Notes: a model not told the origin generated them from the sequence alone. A stretch of DNA of 64,000 bases from Flavobacterium sp. (GCF_049318325.1 NZ_JBMOGQ010000001.1:32708-96707); one strand, 5' to 3'. Positions 9,594-19,582 are shown, counted from the stretch's first letter. Program-made: numbers and translations.

Positions 9594-9690
9594 GATTTAT
9601 GATTTATGATTAACGATTGTAGATTTTTGATTTGATATTGAGTGCTTCGGCTTCTGCAATCAAAAATCGTTAATCTTCAATCCAATTAAT
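9594..9690. repeat. Inverted pair of heptamer arrays (GATTnnn / nnnAATC)
   Basis: GATTTAT GATTTAT GATTAAC GATTGTA GATTTTT ... AATCAAA AATCGTT AATCTTC AATC; includes the hemF stop. Confidence 0.8.
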
Positions 9691-10578
9691 CGGATTTTCT
9701 AATACTTTAATTAATTTTTCTTCTTCGCTACCAGATTCAGGATGATGGTCATAAACCCATTGCACATGAGGCGGTAAACTCATCAGAATGGATTCGATTC
9801 TGCCATTGGTTTTTAAGCCAAATAAAGTTCCTTTATCATGAACCAAATTAAATTCGACATAACGACCACGGCGGATTTCTTGCCAAGTTCTGTTCTCATA
9901 TGTGTATGGAAATTCTTTTCTTTTATCTACTATTGGAACATACGCCTGAAGGAAACTGTTACCTACTTCTGTCACAAAGTTAAACCAATTTTCCATTGTC
10001 ATTTCTGTTGACTCTTTACAATAATCGAAAAACAATCCGCCAATGCCACGAGCTTCATTTCGGTGTGTATTCCAAAAATAAGCATCGCATTGCTTTTTAA
10101 ATTTAGGATAAAATTCCGAATTATGTTTGTCGCAAGCTATTTTACAGGTTTGGTGAAAATGTATTGCGTCTTCCTCAAACAGATAATAAGGTGTCAGATC
10201 TTGTCCGCCACCAAACCACGAATTAATTATTTTGCCATCATCATCGTACATTTCAAAATAGCGCCAATTAGCATGAACCGTTGGCACCATTGGGCTTTTA
10301 GGATGAATTACTAAACTTAAACCACACGCAAAGAAATCAGCTTCGCCAACATTAAACATTTTCTGCATCGCTTCGGGTAATTTTCCATGAACTGCTGAAA
10401 TGTTTACGCCGCCTTTTTCAATAACTTGACCGTTTTCAATAACTCGAGTTCTTCCGCCACCGCCTTCTGGTCGTTCCCAAACATCTTCACGAAATTTGGC
10501 AATACCATCTACTTCTTCTAATTTAGAAGTAATTTGGTTTTGGAGTTGGAGTATGTATGTATAAAAGTTGTCTTTCAT
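9670..10578 (-). CDS. hemF: Oxygen-dependent coproporphyrinogen III oxidase
   Basis: EKGGVN, WFGGG.DLTP, RRGRYVEFNL. Confidence 0.97.
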   Translation of the reverse strand: MKDNFYTYILQLQNQITSKLEEVDGIAKFREDVWERPEGGGGRTRVIENGQVIEKGGVNISAVHGKLPEAMQKMFNVGEADFFACGLSLVIHPKSPMVPTVHANWRYFEMYDDDGKIINSWFGGGQDLTPYYLFEEDAIHFHQTCKIACDKHNSEFYPKFKKQCDAYFWNTHRNEARGIGGLFFDYCKESTEMTMENWFNFVTEVGNSFLQAYVPIVDKRKEFPYTYENRTWQEIRRGRYVEFNLVHDKGTLFGLKTNGRIESILMSLPPHVQWVYDHHPESGSEEEKLIKVLENPINWIED

Positions 10579-10585
10579 TGTTTAT

Positions 10586-10647
10586 TTGTCGGTTGTCGTT
10601 TGACAGTAAGGATTTTCCAACAACTATCAACGATCAACCATCAACTA
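10586..10647. repeat. Inverted pair of heptamer arrays (TTGWCnn / nATCAAC)
   Basis: TTGTCGG TTGTCGT TTGACAG ... CAACAAC TATCAAC GATCAAC CATCAAC; overlaps the hemE stop. Confidence 0.75.
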
Positions 10648-11667
10648 TTTATATTCCTTAACCGCTTCCACAAAAGCCTTCGCATGATCCACAGGAATAT
10701 TTGGCAAAATGCCATGTCCAAGATTTACGATGTAATTATCTTTGCCGAATTCGTCTATCATTTGGCGCACCATTTTTTTGATAGTTGGAATTGGAGAAAG
10801 CAAACGACTTGGGTCAAAATTTCCTTGTAATGTGATTCTTCCACCTGATAAATATCGGGCGTTTCTTGGAGAACAAGTCCAATCAACACCAAGTGCTGAT
10901 GCTTTAGACTTTGCCATATCATTCAAAGCAAACCAACATCCTTTTCCGAATACAATAACCTTTGTATCTTCCGCTAATGCCTCTACAATCTGATTAATAT
11001 ATTTCCATGAAAACTCCTGATAATCCACTGGTGATAACATGCCGCCCCAAGAATCGAAAATCTGAATCGCATTGCAACCTGCTTTCACTTTCTCTTTTAA
11101 GTATAGAATCGTTGTGTCGGTGATTTTTTGTAATAATGTATGTGCTGCAACCGGATTGGAAAAACAAAATCCTTTGGCCGTATCAAAACTTTTAGAACCC
11201 TTTCCTTCAACAGCATAACAAAAAATCGTCCAAGGCGAACCTGCAAAACCAATAAGTGGAACCTCATCGTTAAGCATTTCCTTAGTCAATTTTATCGCGT
11301 CAAAAACGTAACCTAAAGTTTCGTGCACATCTGGAACAAAAACTTGATTCACTTGTTCCATCGTACGAATCGGATTAGGAATTATTGGCCCTAAATTATC
11401 CTTCAGCTCTACGTGAATTCCCATCGCGCGTGGCACTACTAAAATATCCGAAAACAAAATAGCCGCATCCGGTTTTACGATTCGAATGGGTTGAACAGTG
11501 ATTTCTGCTGCTAATTCTGGAGTTTCACAACGAGTAAAGAAATCATATTTGTCGCGTAAAGCTCTGAATTCGGGTAAATACCTTCCTGCCTGACGCATCA
11601 TCCAAACGGGTGGACGGTCAACAGTTTCATTGTTTAAGGCTTTTAAAAAAAGGTCGTTTTTAATCAT
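10645..11667 (-). CDS. hemE: Uroporphyrinogen decarboxylase
   Basis: [25 protein letters not shown]. Confidence 0.97.
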   Translation of the reverse strand: MIKNDLFLKALNNETVDRPPVWMMRQAGRYLPEFRALRDKYDFFTRCETPELAAEITVQPIRIVKPDAAILFSDILVVPRAMGIHVELKDNLGPIIPNPIRTMEQVNQVFVPDVHETLGYVFDAIKLTKEMLNDEVPLIGFAGSPWTIFCYAVEGKGSKSFDTAKGFCFSNPVAAHTLLQKITDTTILYLKEKVKAGCNAIQIFDSWGGMLSPVDYQEFSWKYINQIVEALAEDTKVIVFGKGCWFALNDMAKSKASALGVDWTCSPRNARYLSGGRITLQGNFDPSRLLSPIPTIKKMVRQMIDEFGKDNYIVNLGHGILPNIPVDHAKAFVEAVKEYK

Positions 11668-11710
11668 ACGTTTTATAGTTGCAAAATACCTAAGTAGCTA
11701 ATTTGCTGAG

Positions 11711-12379
11711 TTAGTTTTTATAATTTTCTATACATTTCATTATAACATTTTCAACAGTCGGTTGATGAGCAATAATTACATTTTTTGTGATGTCTTTCAA
11801 AGCTTCGGCCGTTGTGTTGCCAATGCAAAAGCAATTTTTATTTTCAATTTTATTTTCCTGCAGATAACTTTGAACTCCTGATGGACTAAAAAATAATATC
11901 CCATTTGGTATGAAATCGATTTTATGTGGTGTTAAAATTGTTTCATACACCTCAACTTCATCTAATGTTATATTAACTAATCGCAGCGCATCGGGCAAAA
12001 AATCTCTACGAATAGTTCCGCAAAAAAAAGTAAAACTGTTTTTAGAATATTGTTTGCAAATAATCGAGGCTAATTCTGCTGCATACTCTGAATATTCTAT
12101 AACTTCAAAACTATTCTCTTCCAAAAATCCTTTGGTTTTTTCACCAACACAAAAGCATTTTTTGCTTTTTATTTCTTCTTTTTTTTTATTTCTAAGAACG
12201 CTTTCTACTGCATTTTGACTGGTGAAAATCAAATAGTCATTTGTTGAATAAATTTCAAAATCTTTGTTTTGAATAGTAATAAAATCCTCTTCAAAAACTG
12301 AAAAATTTGCACTCAACAATTGCTGCTTTTGTTTTTCTGAAAGCTTCTTTGTTGATACTATGCAAATTTGATTTTGCAT
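11711..12379 (-). CDS. hemD: Uroporphyrinogen-III synthase
   Basis: FTSQNAV, VYET, FFSPSGV, CIGNTTA; follows hemC. Confidence 0.9.
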   Translation of the reverse strand: MQNQICIVSTKKLSEKQKQQLLSANFSVFEEDFITIQNKDFEIYSTNDYLIFTSQNAVESVLRNKKKEEIKSKKCFCVGEKTKGFLEENSFEVIEYSEYAAELASIICKQYSKNSFTFFCGTIRRDFLPDALRLVNITLDEVEVYETILTPHKIDFIPNGILFFSPSGVQSYLQENKIENKNCFCIGNTTAEALKDITKNVIIAHQPTVENVIMKCIENYKN

Positions 12380-13302
12380 TATTTTTTCAATTCGTTTTTG
12401 ATTTCTTTCATCAGTTCAGTACCTCCATTTTCTAAAATTTCCTGAGCTGCATTAAATCCTAATTTTTTCCACTCCGAAATGTCAACTGTTTTATCTATTT
12501 CCAGTTTTTGTTTCCCGTCAATTGATAACAAAATACCTTTGAAATCAATAGTATCATCATTTTCATCATATTTTGCCAAAGCCCCAATCGGTGCTGTACA
12601 ACCACCTTCGAGTGTTCTCAAAAATTGTCGTTCAATATAAGTGCAAATTTCCGTTTCAATATAGTTGAGTTGTGAAACAGCATCAATGGTGAAGCCATCA
12701 TTTTCCATTGCTAAAACAACCATTGCGCCTTGTGCTGGTGCTGGAATCATCCAATCGAGATTAATAAAAATATCAGGTTTTAGATTAATTCTCTCTAAAC
12801 CGGCTGCGGCAAAAACAGCTCCGTTCCAATCGTTATCTTTCAGCTTTTGCATTCTAGTATTTACATTTCCGCGTAAGTCGACAACAGTATGATTCGGATA
12901 TTTATTCCACCATTGTGCCTGACGTCGTAAACTTCCTGTTGCAATTGTTGCTTCTTCATCAAGAAAATCTAGATTCCCTTTATGAACCAAAATATCCAAA
13001 GCATTTGCCCGCTCTAAAACGGCTGCCTGCACAATTCCTTTAGGCAAAGCCGTCGGCACATCTTTCATTGAATGTACTACAATATCGACTTGACCATTTA
13101 TCATGGCAATATCTAAAGTTTTGGTAAAAATTCCTGTAATTCCGAGTTCGTAAAGAGGTTTGTCGAGAATAAGGTCTCCATCCGATTTCACGGCAATGAT
13201 TTCAGTAGCATACCCTAAATCTTGAAGTTGCTTTTGAACAGTGTGAGCTTGCCAAAGTGCCAATTCGCTATCACGAGTTCCTATTCTGATTGTTTTGGCC
13301 AT
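12379..13302 (-). CDS. hemC: Hydroxymethylbilane synthase
   Basis: GTRDSELALWQA, VHSMKD, SLRR, RGNV.TR, LEGGC. Confidence 0.97.
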   Translation of the reverse strand: MAKTIRIGTRDSELALWQAHTVQKQLQDLGYATEIIAVKSDGDLILDKPLYELGITGIFTKTLDIAMINGQVDIVVHSMKDVPTALPKGIVQAAVLERANALDILVHKGNLDFLDEEATIATGSLRRQAQWWNKYPNHTVVDLRGNVNTRMQKLKDNDWNGAVFAAAGLERINLKPDIFINLDWMIPAPAQGAMVVLAMENDGFTIDAVSQLNYIETEICTYIERQFLRTLEGGCTAPIGALAKYDENDDTIDFKGILLSIDGKQKLEIDKTVDISEWKKLGFNAAQEILENGGTELMKEIKNELKK

Positions 13303-13303
13303 T

Positions 13304-14560
13304 TTATTTAGAAGAAGTTTCTATCTGAAATATTTTCTCTATCCATTCGATACTTTCATCCACCATAGTAGTATCATCTTTTAAATGACTAGCAAAATGA
13401 TTGGTGATTTTTTGTATGATTCTGGCACTAATTAGTTCGGCTTGAGCTTCATCAAAATTAGATAACTTTTTTCTTTGAACACTTAATTCTGACTCTTTAA
13501 TTGAATTGAGCTTTTTCTTCAAAGCATGAATGGTAGGGGCAAATTTTCTTTGCTTGGTCCATGCCATGAAATCATCCATAATTTCTTCAATGATAACTTC
13601 TGCTGCCGGAATATGTTTTTTACGATTTTCTAATGTTTCATCTGTAATTTGTGATAAATGATCCATATGAACTAAAGTAACACCATCAACAGTTGTTACG
13701 TTTTCGTTTACATTTTTAGGTATCGATAAATCTAAAATCAATAGTGGCTTTTTTAGATTTAAAATAGCTTTATCTACTGTCGGGTTCTGAGCGCCAGTTG
13801 CTACAACTAATACATCCGCTTTTTGAATTTCTAATTGTAAATCGGAATAATCTTTTACTACTAAATCAAGTTTACGTGCCAATCGTTCCGCTTTGTCTTT
13901 AGTACGATTAATAAGCGTTATTTGTTCGTGCTTGGTGTGTTTAACTAAATTCTCGCACGTATTTCTACCGATTTTTCCTGTGCCGAAAAGTAAAATGTTT
14001 TTATTGGCAATATCATCAACATGGCTAAAAATATACCGAACGGATGCAAAAGAAACAGAGGTTGCTCCAGTAGAAATTTCCGTTTCATTTTTAATTCTTT
14101 TACTAGTTTGTATAACCGAATTGACCAACCGCTCTATAAAAGCATTCACCAAATTCATCGATTTACTTTCTGTAAAAGCGGATTTAATTTGACTAATGAT
14201 TTCGAAATCACCAAGAATTTGACTATCCAAACCAGTTCCAACGCGAAACATGTAGCGAACAGCTTCTTGATTTTTATAAATGTAAGCCACTTTTTGAAAA
14301 TCTTCAACCGTACCTTGACTATTATCGCAAAGTAGTTTGATTAATTGAAAAGGGTGTTGAGCAAAACCATAAATTTCAGTACGATTACAGGTAGAAGTAA
14401 CAAGTAATGATTCGATACCTTCTTGTTGCGCCTGCTTTAAAACATTCTTCTTTCCTACATCATCTAGGCTGAATTTTCCCCTAATATCAGCATCAGCCTT
14501 CTTATAACTTAAGCCAACCACATAAAAAGTACTATGTTTCGAGATATTTCCGTTTTCCAT
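13304..14560 (-). CDS. hemA: Glutamyl-tRNA reductase
   Basis: STCNRTE, GLDSQILGD, GTGKIG. Confidence 0.96.
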   Translation of the reverse strand: MENGNISKHSTFYVVGLSYKKADADIRGKFSLDDVGKKNVLKQAQQEGIESLLVTSTCNRTEIYGFAQHPFQLIKLLCDNSQGTVEDFQKVAYIYKNQEAVRYMFRVGTGLDSQILGDFEIISQIKSAFTESKSMNLVNAFIERLVNSVIQTSKRIKNETEISTGATSVSFASVRYIFSHVDDIANKNILLFGTGKIGRNTCENLVKHTKHEQITLINRTKDKAERLARKLDLVVKDYSDLQLEIQKADVLVVATGAQNPTVDKAILNLKKPLLILDLSIPKNVNENVTTVDGVTLVHMDHLSQITDETLENRKKHIPAAEVIIEEIMDDFMAWTKQRKFAPTIHALKKKLNSIKESELSVQRKKLSNFDEAQAELISARIIQKITNHFASHLKDDTTMVDESIEWIEKIFQIETSSK

Positions 14561-14585
14561 TTTTGCTCTTTACCTAAAAGAGGAA

Positions 14586-14695
14586 CAAAGTTATCGTTAT
14601 GCTTTTTACAAAAACAACGCTAAAAGAACTTTTTATATCGCTGTGAGTTATTTTTACAAGCGATTGTGTTTTTGTCGTTATTTCTTTTAAATTTG
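14586..14695. promoter_or_regulatory. Divergent promoters for the hemA operon and the AraC-hemH-hemJ operon
   Basis: TAACTTTG on - strand (14586-14593) and TAAATTTG on + strand (14688-14695). Confidence 0.6.
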
Positions 14696-14788
14696 CACTG
14701 AAATCAAGTAGTTTTTTAGTTCTTATGTAGATTTATTCTAAATAAAATATTTTAAATACTTACTTATATATTTTCAAAAAATATCGCT

Positions 14789-15661
14789 ATGGGTTCTAAA
14801 GAAATAATAATAATTGAAAATGATTTTACCCTAATTCGTTTTCAAAATGATACTGATGAAATTTCTACATTTCAAAGTCCGGTTAATATGGGATTAATTC
14901 AGTTTCATTTTGGACTAAAAGGAAGTGCAAAGTTTATCTTTAACAATGGTAATTATACATTAGATTTAAATGAAGAGAAGTGCTTATTGTTTTATAATCC
15001 AGAAAAAGAATTACCACTTAATGTTGAAATTGCGCCAAAATCTTGGTTAATAACAATACTGGTTTCTATTAAAAAGTTTCATGGTTTGTTTACAACCAAT
15101 GCAGAACACATTCCTTTTTTGAGTCAAGAAAACAAAGACAAGAAGTACTATAACGAAAGTGACGTGAGTCCATCGATGGCGATTGTATTAAATCAAATGT
15201 TTCATTATAATCTTAATCCTTCTATAAAAAATCTATACTACAAAGGCAAAGGGTATGAATTGCTAAGTCTGTTTTTTAACCGTAACGAGGATCCAAATGC
15301 AGAGCAATGTCCGTTCTTGATAGATGAAGAAAATGTATTAAAAATTAAAAAAGCAAAAGAAATTATAATTGCCAATATGGCCGAACCTCCGAGTTTAGAA
15401 TCGCTAGCCAATCAAGTAGGGTTAAACTTGAAAAAATTAAAAATGGGTTTCAAACAAATTTATGGCGATACCGTTTACGGATTTCTTTTTGATTATAAAA
15501 TGGAGTATGCGCGTCAATTATTAGATTCTGGTTCCTATAATGTAAACGAAGTAGGATTAAAAATTGGATACAGCACCGGCAGTCATTTTATTGCAGCATT
15601 TAAGAAAAAATTCGCTACAACACCAAAGAAGTATTTAATGTCAATGAGTCAAAACAATTAA
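14789..15661 (+). CDS. AraC-family transcriptional regulator
   Basis: C-terminal double HTH (LANQVGLN..FKQIYG..IGYS..HFIAAFKKKF..TPKKY). Confidence 0.92.
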   Translation: MGSKEIIIIENDFTLIRFQNDTDEISTFQSPVNMGLIQFHFGLKGSAKFIFNNGNYTLDLNEEKCLLFYNPEKELPLNVEIAPKSWLITILVSIKKFHGLFTTNAEHIPFLSQENKDKKYYNESDVSPSMAIVLNQMFHYNLNPSIKNLYYKGKGYELLSLFFNRNEDPNAEQCPFLIDEENVLKIKKAKEIIIANMAEPPSLESLANQVGLNLKKLKMGFKQIYGDTVYGFLFDYKMEYARQLLDSGSYNVNEVGLKIGYSTGSHFIAAFKKKFATTPKKYLMSMSQNN

Positions 15662-15687
15662 TAAAGTTATTACTTAAAAAAACCAAA

Positions 15688-16704
15688 ATGAAAGGAGTAT
15701 TATTAGTTAATCTGGGATCGCCAGAAAGTCCAACTGCAAAAGATGTAAAGCCATATTTAGATGAATTTTTAATGGATAAATACGTGATTGACGTACCATT
15801 TTTACTGCGCGCTTTATTAGTACGTGGTATCATTCTTCAAACGCGTCCCAAAAAATCGGCGGAAGCGTATAGTAGAATTTGGACTGAAGAAGGTTCGCCT
15901 TTAATTGTGATATCCAAAAAAATGCACAAAAAAGTACAAAATTTAGTTGACATTCCTGTAGCCTTAGCCATGCGATATGGAACTATTACTATTAAAAAAG
16001 GCTTGCAAGAATTAAAAGATAAAGGCGTAACCGAAGTGATGCTTTTGCCTTTATATCCACAACATGCTATGGCATCAACCACAACTATTTTGGTATTGGC
16101 TGAAGAATTGCGTCAACAATTTTTCCCGGAAATGAAATTCACAATTGTACCTGCATTTTACAACAAACCTGATTATATCAAAGCTTTATCCAATTCGATT
16201 AAAAAACATTTAGAGGGTTTTGAATACGACCATTTATTGTTTTCGTATCATGGCATACCGAAACGTCATATTCGAAAAACCGATATAACTAAGTCTCATT
16301 GTAAAATGGACCGATCTTGTTGCAATACGCCATCACCAGCTCATGAGTTTTGCTACAGTCACCAGTGCTATGAAACCACTAAACAAGTAGTGAAACAATT
16401 AGGAATTCCAGAAGGAAAATACAGCCAAACCTTTCAATCACGATTGGCTGGCGACAAATGGCTAACACCTTATACTGATGTTGAAATTAACAAAATGCCC
16501 GAGCAAGGAATCAAGAAACTAGCTGTGGTGACTCCGGCTTTTGTTTCTGATTGTTTAGAAACATTAGAAGAAATAGCCATGGAAGCCAACGAACAGTTTT
16601 TGCATCATGGCGGTGAGGAATTTTTTGCCATTCCGTGTATGAATGATGAAGACGAATGGTGTCAAGTAGTGGCGAATTGGGTTAAAGATTGGCAGAAAAG
16701 TTAG
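15688..16704 (+). CDS. hemH: Ferrochelatase
   Basis: LLVNLGSP, LFSYHGIP, FQSR, FVSDCLETLEEI. Confidence 0.96.
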   Translation: MKGVLLVNLGSPESPTAKDVKPYLDEFLMDKYVIDVPFLLRALLVRGIILQTRPKKSAEAYSRIWTEEGSPLIVISKKMHKKVQNLVDIPVALAMRYGTITIKKGLQELKDKGVTEVMLLPLYPQHAMASTTTILVLAEELRQQFFPEMKFTIVPAFYNKPDYIKALSNSIKKHLEGFEYDHLLFSYHGIPKRHIRKTDITKSHCKMDRSCCNTPSPAHEFCYSHQCYETTKQVVKQLGIPEGKYSQTFQSRLAGDKWLTPYTDVEINKMPEQGIKKLAVVTPAFVSDCLETLEEIAMEANEQFLHHGGEEFFAIPCMNDEDEWCQVVANWVKDWQKS

Positions 16705-16706
16705 TA

Positions 16707-17246
16707 ATGGAACTCTACAACTACATAAAATCATTACATCTCATCTTTGTCATAACATGGTTTGCTGGTTTGTTTTACATTGTTCGATTGTTTGTATATC
16801 AAATTGAAGCCAAAGACAAACCTTCACCTGAAAAAGAAATTCTGCAAAAACAATATAAAATAATGACGTATCGACTTTGGTATATCATTACGTGGCCGAG
16901 TGCAGTTTTAGCAGTTTTTTTTGCCCTTTGGTTGATGATTATAATGCCTGCTTGGTTGCAAATGCCCTGGATGCAGGTCAAATTAGGATTTGTAGTTTTA
17001 CTGATTGCCTATCAAATAAAGTGTCATCTTATTTATAAAGAATTACAAAACGATATTTTTAATTATTCGTCCAACTTTATGCGGTTGTGGAATGAAGGTG
17101 CTACAATTATATTGTTTGCCGTGGTTTTTTTAGTAATTTTAAAAAATGCTTTCAATTGGATTTATGGCGTAATCGGAATTATTCTGTTTTCGATTTTAAT
17201 TATGTTAGGATTTAAATTTTACAAACGAATAAGAGAAAAAAAGTAA
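16707..17246 (+). CDS. hemJ: Protoporphyrinogen IX oxidase HemJ (CopD family)
   Basis: KSLHLIFVITWFAGLFYIVRLFVY and R.WNE motifs; directly after hemH. Confidence 0.88.
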   Translation: MELYNYIKSLHLIFVITWFAGLFYIVRLFVYQIEAKDKPSPEKEILQKQYKIMTYRLWYIITWPSAVLAVFFALWLMIIMPAWLQMPWMQVKLGFVVLLIAYQIKCHLIYKELQNDIFNYSSNFMRLWNEGATIILFAVVFLVILKNAFNWIYGVIGIILFSILIMLGFKFYKRIREKK

Positions 17247-17312
17247 TAAGGTAAAAGCCAATAGGCAATAGTGGAAAACCCTAATGCCTAATGCCTAATG
17301 CCTAATGCCTAA
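17241..17312. repeat. Inverted heptamer arrays; right arm is a perfect (CCTAATG)4
   Basis: AAGGTAA AAGCCAA TAGGCAA TAG ... CCTAATG x4 (17280-17307) + CCTAA. Confidence 0.85.
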
Positions 17313-17316
17313 AAAT

Positions 17317-18786
17317 ATGCTCAACGGCTTCAAAATGTCAATGCTTTCCCTTCGTATTAGGATTTTCCTATCGATGATAATATTGATATTAATTGCTTCT
17401 ATTTTGATGGCTTCCATTTCGATTATACAGTTTAAAAATGAAGCCAAAGACTATCATCAAAAAAGGTTAGACCAAAAAGAATTCGCCATAAAAGAACATA
17501 TCAATTATGTACTTACAAACACAACCTATCCGCTTACAGAGAAAAATCTACCGCTGATTTTTAAAGATAAAATCCATGAATTGGCAGATATTCATAACCT
17601 TGAAATAAATATTTATGGGTTAAATGGGAAGTTGTTAAAATCTTCCAAAGCTTCCTTTTCTGTTGATAAAGTGGCACCACCGATTCCAAATTATGTCCTG
17701 AAACTTGTTCAGTCGTCTGTCGAGAAAAGATATGTTGACATTAAGACTATAAATGGATTAAAAAACCGGTCTTCTTATAGTCAAATCAAAGATGATAAAT
17801 TCAAACCTCTGGGAATTTTGAATATTCCGTATGTTGAAGATGATGGCTTCTATGAAACTGAATTGCAACAATTTTTGCTTCGTTTGAGCCAAGTGTATTC
17901 TTTTATGCTGATAATAGCTTTTGCTTTGGCCTATTTTCTTGCTAGTTATATAACCAAATCACTAAAGACTATTTCAGATAAAATCAATGAAACAAGTTTG
18001 AACCAAAAGAACGAGAAAATCGTTATTGAAGCCAATAGCCGTGAAATTAATTCATTGATTAACGCTTACAATAAAATGGTAGATAAACTGGAAGATAGTG
18101 CCACTATGCTTGCACAAAGTGAACGTGAACAGGCTTGGCGCGAAATGGCAAAACAAGTAGCCCATGAAATCAAAAATCCGTTAACGCCTATGCGTTTGAC
18201 TGTACAAAGTTTCCAGCGAAAATTTGATGCCAATGACCCCGAATTAAAACAAAAACTCAACGATTATTCTAAAACATTGATTCAACAAATTGATACGATG
18301 AGCGCCGTGGCTTCGGCTTTTTCAAACTTTGCCTCTATGCCTGCTCAACAAAATGAAACGCTTAATGTGGTGCAAGTTGTAGAATTGGCCTTGGATATTT
18401 TCAATGAAGATTTTATTGTTTTCAAAAGCAATAAAGAATATGTAATTTCTAAAATCGACAGAACACAACTAATTCGTATTATCACTAATTTGGTTAAAAA
18501 TGCTATTCAATCGATTCCGGATGAACAGGAAGAAAAAAAAGTTTTGGTTTCGGTTAACGAAGTAGAAAACGATGTGATCATTACAGTTGAAGACAACGGT
18601 ATTGGTATTGAATCAAACAATATTGAACACATTTTTGAACCTAAATTTACCACAAAAACCAGCGGAATGGGATTGGGTTTAGGAATTATCAAAAACATTA
18701 TAGAAAATTACAAAGGAACTATTACATTTGAAACTGAACTCGGTAAAGGAACAACGTTCTTTGTTTCGTTGCCCATTGTTAAATAA
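17317..18786 (+). CDS. Membrane sensor histidine kinase (HAMP; NtrY-like)
   Basis: Two TM segments; AHEIKNPLTP H-box; NLVKNA, DNGIG, GMGLGL; exact start uncertain (17305-17341). Confidence 0.9.
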   Translation: MLNGFKMSMLSLRIRIFLSMIILILIASILMASISIIQFKNEAKDYHQKRLDQKEFAIKEHINYVLTNTTYPLTEKNLPLIFKDKIHELADIHNLEINIYGLNGKLLKSSKASFSVDKVAPPIPNYVLKLVQSSVEKRYVDIKTINGLKNRSSYSQIKDDKFKPLGILNIPYVEDDGFYETELQQFLLRLSQVYSFMLIIAFALAYFLASYITKSLKTISDKINETSLNQKNEKIVIEANSREINSLINAYNKMVDKLEDSATMLAQSEREQAWREMAKQVAHEIKNPLTPMRLTVQSFQRKFDANDPELKQKLNDYSKTLIQQIDTMSAVASAFSNFASMPAQQNETLNVVQVVELALDIFNEDFIVFKSNKEYVISKIDRTQLIRIITNLVKNAIQSIPDEQEEKKVLVSVNEVENDVIITVEDNGIGIESNNIEHIFEPKFTTKTSGMGLGLGIIKNIIENYKGTITFETELGKGTTFFVSLPIVK

Positions 18787-18799
18787 AAACATTATTACT

Positions 18800-19582
18800 A
18801 TGAACTTTGAAAACATACTTGTTGCTATAGAAAACGGAATTGGGCTAATCACCATTAATCGCCCGGCAAAATTAAACGCGCTTAATGTGGCGACCATTCA
18901 GGAATTACATGACGCTTTTGAAAATCTGGAAAGTAATTCTGATGTAAGAGTTATTATCATCATCGGAGAAGGCGAAAAAGCTTTTGTAGCAGGAGCTGAT
19001 ATTTCAGAGTTTGCAAGTTTTACAGTAGAAGAAGGTGCGCAATTAGCAGCTCAAGGACAAGAATTACTTTTTGATTTTGTTGAAAACCTGAAAAAACCAG
19101 TAATCGCTGCTGTAAATGGTTTTGCCCTTGGTGGTGGATTGGAATTAGCGATGGCATGTCATTTCAGAATCGCCTCTGATAATGCAAAAATGGGTTTGCC
19201 TGAAGTTTCACTTGGTGTAATTCCGGGTTATGGTGGAACACAACGTTTGCCACAACTTATTGGAAAAGGTCGAGCTATGGAATTGATAATGACTGCTGGG
19301 ATGATAGATGCTGAAACAGCAAAAACATATGGTTTAGTAAATCATGTGGTGCCACAATCAGAACTTTTAGATTTTACAAGAGGCATTGCTGCTAAAATTA
19401 TACGTAATTCACCATTTGCCATTGGCAGAGCCATAAAAGCAATTAATGCCAACTTCAAAGACGGTGTAAATGGTTTTGAAACCGAAATCAGAAACTTTGG
19501 GAAATGTTTTGAAACCGAAGATTTTAAAGAAGGTACCTCGGCCTTTTTGGAAAAAAGAAAAGCTGAGTTTTCAGGAAAATAG
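18800..19582 (+). CDS. Enoyl-CoA hydratase/isomerase family protein
   Basis: AFVAGADI, GFALGGGLELAMACH, GLPEVSLG.IPG.GGTQRL. Confidence 0.92.
   Translation: MNFENILVAIENGIGLITINRPAKLNALNVATIQELHDAFENLESNSDVRVIIIIGEGEKAFVAGADISEFASFTVEEGAQLAAQGQELLFDFVENLKKPVIAAVNGFALGGGLELAMACHFRIASDNAKMGLPEVSLGVIPGYGGTQRLPQLIGKGRAMELIMTAGMIDAETAKTYGLVNHVVPQSELLDFTRGIAAKIIRNSPFAIGRAIKAINANFKDGVNGFETEIRNFGKCFETEDFKEGTSAFLEKRKAEFSGK

Noticed and set aside
8598-17246. hemL absent from the heme cluster
   Set aside because: Commonly encoded elsewhere; cannot be judged from one window.
17280-17312. CRISPR array, for this and the other short repeat clusters
   Set aside because: Units are 7-9 bp and contiguous, with no unique spacers and no cas genes.
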